From a virus, in IMG/VR virus record IMGVR_UViG_3300031857_000027: a stretch of 64,000 nt of DNA; one strand, 5' to 3'. Each line of letters opens with the position of its first letter. The stretch's first letter is position 1. Positions 56,601 through 64,000 of this stretch are shown here, piece after piece. The notes beneath the pieces were generated by a model, which saw nothing but the letters and a program-made list of their open reading frames with translations, did not search any database and had not been told where the DNA came from. The position numbers and the translations under genes are program-made.

Positions 56601-59600
56601 TTGAAGAAAGCAACATCAATGGTCCATTAATCTCAACATTTTGATTTGAAGTTGAATTATTGGAAAATACTCTTGTTGAAGCAAGATTAAATGAACCACG
56701 TAGAGTGCGTGTAACAATATCAATTGCTGAATTAAAATCAGGTTTTACTATATCAGCAGCACTTTTATCGATGAACGAATCAACAAATACACCATTTTTT
56801 GGTCTTGCTATACCAAATGAATCACGAACTGTTCTATCGTTTTTATTGATTGTGGCAAGTTCAGCAATTGATAAAGATGTATATAACTCCAGATTTTGTA
56901 TTCTCTTATCCAATCTGGCAATATCTTTCATTGTATATCTTCTGTGATTAAATGCTTGAATTTTTACAGAAGAAATTATGGTTACATATGGAGGATAAGT
57001 CAAAATATACAGAGTCATTGAATCATCTGGTTCAACTGGAACAACAGGATTAAATGCAGGAACTCCTTGTAATACCAGAAACTCTCTATTTTTCGTTAAA
57101 ACAATTCTGTCAATTCTAGGTAAATAATACTCAAAATCCATTAGAACATCTAAACCTGGTTCGGCAACTTTTGGTCCTAAAACGGCTTCATCAACATCCA
57201 AAATAAAGTTTCTTGCAATCGTGTCTGCTGATGCACTACTTCTAACTGATGCTCGAACCGGACGAAAATCTAAGTAATCCCTCAAGAAAATTTTTGCACC
57301 ACTTTGCAGCGTGTAGATGGGTATCATATCATAACTGACACCTCTACCGCCATTTTCTTGTGTACCAAGTCTTGTATAAGAATCAATATCGAAATATCCA
57401 GAACCGTTTGAAGAAAATCTATTATAACGAATAACTAAAGGACCTATTGGTGCGTTTTGTCCGGGTCTTAAAGTAATCGATGACCAATCATAATAAGAAT
57501 CCTTTTGTCCAGTATTCAAAATATATCTGGCAGTAACGTTTGATGACTCGGTGAGAGCATTGTATACAGATGTAGTTACGTTAGCACCATTTAAATCAAA
57601 AATAGCATTAATTGAATGAACATCCGTTACGTATAACCATTGTGGTTGCCCTGGTCTTCTTTCAACTATTGATTGATTGATAATAGTTTGACCATCAAAT
57701 GGAGCCACGTTCGCATTATTGTTAGCAGCAAAAACTTTTACGTAAGTTCCTAGGCCTATACCCCATCCTGGGTCAACTAACTGGGTGTTTGCTTTAACAA
57801 ATGTTTTTGTTTTTGAAGTTGGGTTAGAAGCATTTACAACAGCATAAATGTTTGCTGTCATATTCGCACCATCTGTTACCGTGATTGTTCTTGATGAAGT
57901 ATCAACAGTAAAGTTTTCAGCCGGAATAGTTCTACCTACTTGATACCAACTTGTGCCAGAATTAGTTGGGATAACTTGATAATATCTTTGTTTTGAATCA
58001 GTTGTAGTTGCACTTTGTAGAGTTTCACCAGTACCTAAAGATAATGCTTGCGATACTCCGCCGGTAAATGTGACAGTTTGATATAATCTCTTATATGAGT
58101 ATGAAAAATCACGTATAGTATTATCAGCAACATTTTCTACACCAACTCTAATTAACAAAGGTTCTCTTATTGTATCTCTAATTGAAGCAGGCTGAAATAG
58201 CCCTTTAGATTGAACAAGTGTGGTTGTAGATACACCAATTTGTTCATCTTTTGATAAAGGTGAAACATTTGCCAATGCAATACGAGAATTTCCAGCACCC
58301 AATCTAACAAGAGATTCAGCATCAGCGAATTTAGGATCAAGTATGAATCTAAAATTGGCTCCAACTGCGGTGCTAAAAGGTGGGAAAACGGTAGCAGTTA
58401 AACTTGATCCAACATAATCAGTAATGATTCTTGTTGAATTATCGCTAGGTGAGTTTAGTGGCGCACCACCAACAATTCTCAATGACAAGCCTTTATATAC
58501 ATCATTATTTGCAGCAAATCCAGTAGGAAATACCACTGTGCTTGTGGAGCCACCTGTTGCATTTATACCATAACCACCATTTGCCGCTATAGGACGAGTA
58601 TTTACATCAGTTAAATATACTTTGTAAATATAGTTATTACTCTCACTTGTGTTGCCCGAAACGGAATAAAAAGAAACAACTTTAATTTTTGTGTTTCCAA
58701 TTGTTGTGTTTGCGTAAATTGCAGCATTTCCTGTTCCAACATAATTAGTTATTTGACCGGTATTCAATAATGAAATATCGGCATTAGCATATTGGTTTGT
58801 TGCAAAATTACCATACATGCCATTGGCAAAAATATAATAACCGTAATCAACCTCAACTCTACGATTTTCTACAGTCTCCGTAGTTCTTGGTTTTGGTACA
58901 GTTATTGTTGTTGGTGCATCAGTTCTAAATTCATAACCTTTAATATATGCTTTACCTGAACCTAAAGTAACATTAGCAAAAGCCGAATTCGAAACGCTGT
59001 CGGTGAGTTCTAATGGGAAATTTTTAATAACATAATCACCAGACTCATCTTCTGTTCTGCGGGCAAATTCATCACCTAAAGAAGCATAGATTGGAGTATT
59101 AACAGTTTTTTGTGGAACACCACCATCCATGATGCTTAACTCCACAAATTGTTTCAAATCTGTGCTACCAATCGGTCTTGTCTCCAGTGTCATCAAAACT
59201 TTATAGCGGTCTGCACCTGGTGCTTGGAAATTTGAAGAGCCTTGTGCTGGATCAAGAAGTGTAGTGTCTTCTGTATAATCAACCAAATCTTCACTCACAG
59301 AAAAACCAACAATTGCACTACCCTCACGACTGTATTTGTCAACCGCCACACTTTGTGGCTGTACTTTTACAAAAATTCCATCGTAATAAAATACACCTTC
59401 ATTTACAGAAAATGATTGACAGTTTCCAGTAGCATTTGCCGAAGCAGTATTTGCATAATAAGTTATTGCTTGTGGGTCAGTATTTGAAGTGTAGATAGTT
59501 TCATTAACTGTAAATGGATCGCCATATAATTGATTGACAATAAATGTGATTGGCTCATTATTTGCACTAACAGCACCATACGATTTTAAAACATATGCAC

Positions 59601-59913
59601 GTTTTGTATTGGCCGAATTAATAATTACTTGTTTATCAAAATTTAAATATGAAATATCTTGGCCGGAATAACTTGAAGCAATGTTAATATACGCTACATT
59701 TTGAATTGTGATTTGCCCACCTGTAACTACGGAACCAGTTTTGAACACATGGTCGCCAAACTTTTTAATCTGATCTTGTAAGGTACTTTGAAGTTGCGTC
59801 AATTCACGGGATTGAACAGCATTTCCCGGCTTAAACAAAACCCTATAATAATTTTTATCGTCGTCAAAATCGTCGTAGTAAGGATCTTGATTAAAATTTG
59901 TAGTAAGTGCCAT
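53632..59913 (-). CDS. Large VrlC/DUF4815-like baseplate structural protein
   Basis: PYYDDFD..KNYYRVLFKPG.AVQ.RELTQLQ, APGADRY, YLPRID, RYTMKDI, DPLAQTF and SQNGSTWT. Confidence 0.85.
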   Translation of the reverse strand: MALTTNFNQDPYYDDFDDDKNYYRVLFKPGNAVQSRELTQLQSTLQDQIKKFGDHVFKTGSVVTGGQITIQNVAYINIASSYSGQDISYLNFDKQVIINSANTKRAYVLKSYGAVSANNEPITFIVNQLYGDPFTVNETIYTSNTDPQAITYYANTASANATGNCQSFSVNEGVFYYDGIFVKVQPQSVAVDKYSREGSAIVGFSVSEDLVDYTEDTTLLDPAQGSSNFQAPGADRYKVLMTLETRPIGSTDLKQFVELSIMDGGVPQKTVNTPIYASLGDEFARRTEDESGDYVIKNFPLELTDSVSNSAFANVTLGSGKAYIKGYEFRTDAPTTITVPKPRTTETVENRRVEVDYGYYIFANGMYGNFATNQYANADISLLNTGQITNYVGTGNAAIYANTTIGNTKIKVVSFYSVSGNTSESNNYIYKVYLTDVNTRPIAANGGYGINATGGSTSTVVFPTGFAANNDVYKGLSLRIVGGAPLNSPSDNSTRIITDYVGSSLTATVFPPFSTAVGANFRFILDPKFADAESLVRLGAGNSRIALANVSPLSKDEQIGVSTTTLVQSKGLFQPASIRDTIREPLLIRVGVENVADNTIRDFSYSYKRLYQTVTFTGGVSQALSLGTGETLQSATTTDSKQRYYQVIPTNSGTSWYQVGRTIPAENFTVDTSSRTITVTDGANMTANIYAVVNASNPTSKTKTFVKANTQLVDPGWGIGLGTYVKVFAANNNANVAPFDGQTIINQSIVERRPGQPQWLYVTDVHSINAIFDLNGANVTTSVYNALTESSNVTARYILNTGQKDSYYDWSSITLRPGQNAPIGPLVIRYNRFSSNGSGYFDIDSYTRLGTQENGGRGVSYDMIPIYTLQSGAKIFLRDYLDFRPVRASVRSSASADTIARNFILDVDEAVLGPKVAEPGLDVLMDFEYYLPRIDRIVLTKNREFLVLQGVPAFNPVVPVEPDDSMTLYILTYPPYVTIISSVKIQAFNHRRYTMKDIARLDKRIQNLELYTSLSIAELATINKNDRTVRDSFGIARPKNGVFVDSFIDKSAADIVKPDFNSAIDIVTRTLRGSFNLASTRVFSNNSTSNQNVEINGPLMLLSSTITPFVVQNRASKTMNINPFNIVNYIGSIVLDPPSDVWRSETRLESQNIDLSGGAEAADAWSAMKFTDYGNWNTQVVGVEAVEFGQRELLGINVVNKDGTDRNDSWAKGFENSGGKPTGGGLIAVTASVDFTERKKEVVTETLDKTRTNIISTIVPKQLTQSFGDRLIDVSIVQFMRARNILVIGSKFKPFTTLNAFFDNVNVNDKIAKVNRFEMVQNNLQYQTTISNSETVTFYRASSNTELLSTDTVIGIGGAALTSNNNLFSVNMQPSASFGSWDQCATNGIWVKGDITGRTYRADKWYHQTGIALAGSATTITLALSAGGATNAADYVNKRILILAGTGKGQSVTISSYDSSTRVATINGTWTTNPDSTSVYTIGDLETTKEGTTAAIFFLPADVFRTGEKVLRLIDDAFNNLENSRTNGDAKFLSQGQVDTKQSTSVTVFTPTVSRSTVNESTTETVTSIKSSVVTTRRNNVVIGYYDPLAQTFLINPNQYPQGIVIDSVRVCFKTKDISAPVTCQIRPVDNGYPSSAVVYPYAEKTLTPDQVTITDNPDVTDSNKYTEFKFDVPILLLPGEHSFVLVSNSNGYECYIAQIGATDIRTTVKISEQPYTGSLFLSQNGSTWTADQEQDIMFSIQKRVFTNGTGQGFFEVDMTDYSANTVFDTFQLMSTDATLSGADVSYEFISELNTGGTHELLPLIKNRDYSCDDGFGRRILNKTTGNTTFLVRTTLTTNNPDVSPMIDITRLNLLTIENRINNMELQNTGFIVVNQGSGYTTNGSVTFTYPDGTNDDRGAAARAVTDGDKIVRLELTNPGSGYYTSPILTISGGSGSGATAVYNGEDKSSGGNSNIRYITKRVKLAPGFDAGDLRVYMDIYRPPGSGILVYYKLLSESDSSEFDDNNYQLMTENSTSLNAVSNGRGDFFEVIFAPGTYGSGIPNNRVRYTGANGVEYKDFMSFAIKIVMFGSSTVNVPLVSQLRVVALPEATV

Positions 59914-59923
59914 TTATTAACCT

Positions 59924-61495
59924 TTAAAATCTAACAATAAGTTTGATATTTTCAGCCTGACCTTCTGCTCTTGTGGTCTTAGTCGCATTTTGCGTATATA
60001 AAATATCACCTGAATATGGTTCAAATTCTGGATTCTGTACAGTTACAACCAGACGATCAGAAACACCAGAACTAGCTCCTCTCAAAAGAACACCGGTTCT
60101 AAATGTACCTCTCACATTCGTCAATCTAACTTGATCAAATGTTTGATCTAAAACTGAACCATGAGCAATCGTGTTGGCTGCCGAAGTATCATTAGGTAAA
60201 CCTTGATAAGCAAATTCATCAATCGAATAACTCGAACCAGCGGTTATCGTTAAGACAGTTGCTTGAGAGACAACCGGACTAGCATTAGCAGGTGATACAA
60301 CCGTAGATTCACCATATTTATGAGGGTTTACAAAGATACCATATTGTCTAAAAGTTGTATTTGCTGGTATCTTGCCATTTTCAGTTGAATCGATTTCACC
60401 AATTCTTGATACAACCATAACACTATTTGCACCCAATTCTCTTGCTGGATTGTATGCGTGACCATATTTCATATCACGAATTACACGAATAGACGCATTT
60501 GAACCTGTACCATAAACAAAAGCATTTGCTCTTGAATAATTAATTCCAATCGTAGTTACAGTTACTTTAGTTAAAAATCCATTAGCATTAATTGATGCGG
60601 CAGCCACGGCACCAGTTCCATCACCATCGATAAAGATTCGTGTTGTTAGTGCGATTTGATTTGCGGTTGTATTTCCACCGCCAGCAGAAGTTGTCGCAGT
60701 GGATAAAAATATGTTATTATTAGGCACATCTATTCTGGAAATGAATGTGCCAGGTGCTATTCCTGTACCCGAAACTGTCATGTTGGCCGTAACGTTTGTT
60801 GTGTTGGCTAAATTCAGTCTTGTGCAACCAGAAGAAAAAACAGGAATGACTGCTACATTATTCTCATAAAAACCGGAACCCATATTTTCGACAACGATTG
60901 TTGTAAGTTCGCCATCAACAACACCAATAAGATTTATGTTATAGTCTAATTGATTTGTACTTGATGGGGCTGGAATCCAATCGTCTGCCAAAAATTTATT
61001 CGATGGCTTAACATTAAACATGTACTTCCAAATGTAACCATCAGAGGTTGCGATGTTACCATTAGAAGATGTATAATCGCCAGTAGGTTCTACGGTTGAA
61101 TTTGCGGATACATTGTTAGACAGACACTTGTAAACATTTCGCTCAGATGTGAAAACATACATCGGTTTGACGTTTAGTGAATTGTTTCCAGTTAGCAACT
61201 CATCCAAGTCAATCAAATCATCATACTGTTTATACTTTGTATTTGCCGTCCAAGATATTTTAGGTATGACAAGTTCAACATCATTACCAGTAATCTTTTT
61301 GGCTGCAATCATATTTTCCCATGCAAGTTTTTCATCGTTCACGGAATCTACGATTGAATTGGGAACATTTTCGTCAAAATAAGGTAAGTGATTGCCAATA
61401 AAAACGTAACCAATTTCTGGCGCAGGTTCATAAAAAGATTCTTTAAACTGAACCGCAGAGATATATGGTATTTTTTTAGTCGTAACTGAAGTCAT
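59924..61495 (-). CDS. gp8: Baseplate wedge subunit
   Basis: VYKCL.N, DGYIWKYMF, GH..NP.RELG, FRQYG and SGDILY..N.....R...Q.E.IKLI..F. Confidence 0.9.
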   Translation of the reverse strand: MTSVTTKKIPYISAVQFKESFYEPAPEIGYVFIGNHLPYFDENVPNSIVDSVNDEKLAWENMIAAKKITGNDVELVIPKISWTANTKYKQYDDLIDLDELLTGNNSLNVKPMYVFTSERNVYKCLSNNVSANSTVEPTGDYTSSNGNIATSDGYIWKYMFNVKPSNKFLADDWIPAPSSTNQLDYNINLIGVVDGELTTIVVENMGSGFYENNVAVIPVFSSGCTRLNLANTTNVTANMTVSGTGIAPGTFISRIDVPNNNIFLSTATTSAGGGNTTANQIALTTRIFIDGDGTGAVAAASINANGFLTKVTVTTIGINYSRANAFVYGTGSNASIRVIRDMKYGHAYNPARELGANSVMVVSRIGEIDSTENGKIPANTTFRQYGIFVNPHKYGESTVVSPANASPVVSQATVLTITAGSSYSIDEFAYQGLPNDTSAANTIAHGSVLDQTFDQVRLTNVRGTFRTGVLLRGASSGVSDRLVVTVQNPEFEPYSGDILYTQNATKTTRAEGQAENIKLIVRF

Positions 61496-61504
61496 AAATT
61501 ATAT

Positions 61505-64000
61505 TTATTGCTTAAATATGATTGCTGTTTGTGCATTGGATGTTTGATACCAAGACACAGGATTAATTGTAATGACAGCACCAGAACCGGCACTATTAGG
61601 TGCAACATCTGGAGTATAGTAATATTCTCCAGCACCTTGCAAAACACTATTGCTATTTAGTGTAACTTTACGAATTGCACCATTACCAGGATAAACTTCA
61701 ACAAGCGCATTAGCTGCGGTATTTCTACCAGTAAATCCAACGGTAATTACTGCATTTGTTTGATCGTTCGCAACAGGCGTAATTGTAAATACGGCGTTTG
61801 TATATGAGTTACTGTTTGCTGTAAGTGTCACAGAAGCAGTCTGACCAACGTTTGCCGAAGTATTAACTACTAAGTTTGCTGCTGCTTTTGCATTAGCACT
61901 ATATCCTATGATAAAAGATGCTACAGTTGATGGTGACTGCAATGTATCAGTGGCCGGGTCAAGAATTCCCACAACAATAATATCTGCACCATTTGCATAT
62001 AAGCCAACATGATTCACAGTGGTTCTTACAATCGCACCAAAAGCACCGTTAACCTCAACCGTACAGTTTGCACGAATGTTTGCAGTTGCTTGTGTTGTCG
62101 AAAACACCACGTTACCATTTACGTATCCCGAACCACCAACAATTGGGCGAACTTCTGTCACCGAAACGGTTGTCACATTTGGTGTCACGGTTGTTGGTGG
62201 AATTCTGTATAAACCAACATCGGTAACTACTATTGATTCTATATTAATTGCACCGTTTGAATGCACAGTATAAGTTGCATTCGCATCCCTAACAGGAAGA
62301 CCACCGCTAAACACCAGATACCCATTCGCAAGACTATTTCCCGTGAAAAGATTTCCAGCAGTGTTTGATACAACCGATATTACAGAGTTTGGTGCTGTAT
62401 TTAAAATAGCAGTGGGTGTAGAACCATTAGCATACAAACCAGGATCAACAATCGTAATCTTACGAATTTGTCCATCCAAAGGTTTCATTTCTAATGTGAA
62501 CGAAGCATTACCAACATTTGCTGTTGCTAATGGTGTACCTTTGTATAAACCACCACTTACCAAATGCACGTTGTATACAAGGCCTTGGGAATTAACAACA
62601 ATTATAGCATTTGCACCAACGTTGTCACTTCCTGCTCCACTAAATTGAACGTATCCATTTACACCATATGCAAAGGCGTTTACAGAAATTGAGTTTACTT
62701 GTGCAGATAATGGTGGGAATGTTTCAACACGAATTGTTGCTTGACGACTTGGATCACCTCCAGAAATTACAAGAACGCCATTTGAATGTCCGTTACCTGT
62801 ACTGTTTACAGTAACCGAAGAAATTACAGCATTTGCGTTTGTATTTGGTCTGGCAGTTGGTGTAGATTGATACAGTCCAGAATCAATCACTTCAACTGTG
62901 TTGACAACCGTGTTTGGATGAACAATTAATCTTACGTTTGCATCTCTCAATGGTGAACCGCCAGAGAATACCAGCCAACCATTTGCATAACCTTGACCAC
63001 GAATTGGTATACTAATACCATTTGCATATACAACACGATGTGGATTACTATCTGGTATAGCGATTGGTTTATTAGCATACAAACCACCAGATACAAATGT
63101 TAATGTTCGAATTGTACCATTTGAATTAAATACTTCTACGTTTGCGATTGCTGGTATTGCTTCATCTGTACCAGAGAATGTCATTACACCATTTTCATAT
63201 CCAGAACCACCAGCAGTGATTGTGAGACTTGTAATTTGGCCGCCACCATTTGAAAATACTAGATAACCATTTGAGTATCCGGAACCAGCATTTGCAATTC
63301 TTAAATTAGAAATGTTTGATGTCGTAATTAAAGATGTGTTGCTGACAATCGTGTTAATTTTTCTAATTTCACCATTTACCGCAATCAGTGAACCTAATGA
63401 CAAAATACCTTTTGTGTTAGCGATATTATATTTTGTACTATTTCCAGTAACAACAACTCTACCATTTCCAACATTGACTGTGCCAGCAATTGTATTTGCC
63501 GTAAAACTCTGAATTGCAACATCAGTAAGTTCAACCAGATTTTCTTTATTATATAAAGCATAGTTGACCATGCCAACAGGATGTAACAGTTGCTTCAGCA
63601 TTGTTTTGTATTTGCTGAACTCTGTTTTTGAAGAAATTACATAAGAATAATCAACGTAGTAATCTTGGCCTTGAAGTTTTCTTTCGAAAGAAGACAATAT
63701 AGAATCGGATGTTGTCCAACGACCGGGCGCAGAAGAATACGAGCGTTCAATTTCTGCTGTTGCTGTTGCTGTGCCATCTCCACCAACAATACTTACGGTC
63801 GGGTTATATTCATAACCAGAACCAGGATTAATAACTTTAATTGAAATAATTTGTCCATTGGCAGTAAATCCTGTTGGTGTTAATGTTTCACCATCACCTA
63901 TTAGCGAATCAATTTGAATATTCGCACCCGAACCTGTATTAGAACTAACTGAAATCGTAGGAAACTTACCTTGTGTGTAACCATAACCACCAAGTGGCCA
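61505..64000 (-). CDS. gp7: Baseplate wedge initiator gp7-like protein, C-terminal part (open to window end)
   Basis: Frame stays open from 63697 to 64000 (WPLGGYGYTQG...GRWTTSDSILSS). Contains LQ..DYY.DYSYVI...LHPVG. Upstream of gp8. Confidence 0.75.
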   Translation of the reverse strand, partial: WPLGGYGYTQGKFPTISVSSNTGSGANIQIDSLIGDGETLTPTGFTANGQIISIKVINPGSGYEYNPTVSIVGGDGTATATAEIERSYSSAPGRWTTSDSILSSFERKLQGQDYYVDYSYVISSKTEFSKYKTMLKQLLHPVGMVNYALYNKENLVELTDVAIQSFTANTIAGTVNVGNGRVVVTGNSTKYNIANTKGILSLGSLIAVNGEIRKINTIVSNTSLITTSNISNLRIANAGSGYSNGYLVFSNGGGQITSLTITAGGSGYENGVMTFSGTDEAIPAIANVEVFNSNGTIRTLTFVSGGLYANKPIAIPDSNPHRVVYANGISIPIRGQGYANGWLVFSGGSPLRDANVRLIVHPNTVVNTVEVIDSGLYQSTPTARPNTNANAVISSVTVNSTGNGHSNGVLVISGGDPSRQATIRVETFPPLSAQVNSISVNAFAYGVNGYVQFSGAGSDNVGANAIIVVNSQGLVYNVHLVSGGLYKGTPLATANVGNASFTLEMKPLDGQIRKITIVDPGLYANGSTPTAILNTAPNSVISVVSNTAGNLFTGNSLANGYLVFSGGLPVRDANATYTVHSNGAINIESIVVTDVGLYRIPPTTVTPNVTTVSVTEVRPIVGGSGYVNGNVVFSTTQATANIRANCTVEVNGAFGAIVRTTVNHVGLYANGADIIVVGILDPATDTLQSPSTVASFIIGYSANAKAAANLVVNTSANVGQTASVTLTANSNSYTNAVFTITPVANDQTNAVITVGFTGRNTAANALVEVYPGNGAIRKVTLNSNSVLQGAGEYYYTPDVAPNSAGSGAVITINPVSWYQTSNAQTAIIFKQ

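Noticed and set aside
450-63576. Numerous plus-strand ORFs and short alternative-frame minus-strand ORFs in the ORF track
   Set aside because: All lie within clear minus-strand genes and lack recognisable motifs. The Pro/His-rich ones (e.g. 36464-36841, 46773-47144) are antisense shadows of Gly codons.
63697-63697. Start codon of the last ORF as given in the track
   Set aside because: The frame remains open to position 64000, so this TTG is internal to a gene that begins outside the window.
1-64000. tRNA or rRNA genes
   Set aside because: Intergenic gaps are short and accounted for by promoters or terminators; no cloverleaf was recognised by eye. tRNAscan was not run.

Overview
This window is a 64-kb segment of a large T4-like myovirus genome, with gene order and accessory content typical of uncultured aquatic T4-like phages. 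All credible genes are on the minus strand. In transcription order (right to left) it holds: baseplate genes (gp7 partial, gp8, a VrlC/DUF4815-like protein); an ~18-kb modular tail-fibre/adhesin region; neck, packaging, tail and head genes (gp13-gp23, gp3) with a Dps gene between the terminase subunits; uvsY/uvsW; a six-gene nucleotide-sugar cassette (B12 radical SAM, minimal ThDP E1 alpha/beta pair, HddA-like kinase, ColD/E1-type PLP enzyme, NAD epimerase) coupled directly to gp55-gp47-gp46; peptide deformylase; a solo DruA-like gene; an early block under near-consensus sigma70 promoters (VWA + MoxR/CobS-like AAA, DUF262-HNH nuclease, wHTH protein); a GT-A-like glycosyltransferase; gp45; and the start of gp44. 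The most interesting signals are: (1) pervasive [A/S/G]-Asn motifs in virion-surface proteins alongside sugar-biosynthesis and glycosyltransferase genes, suggesting a virion glycosylation system; (2) a plug-and-socket pattern of terminal peptides and small adaptor proteins, suggesting a branched fibre tree, including an unannotated 46-aa micro-ORF; (3) nested (Russian-doll) domains in gp7; and (4) hairpin-embedded promoters and attenuators. All calls come from motif recognition and synteny by eye; no database searches were run.
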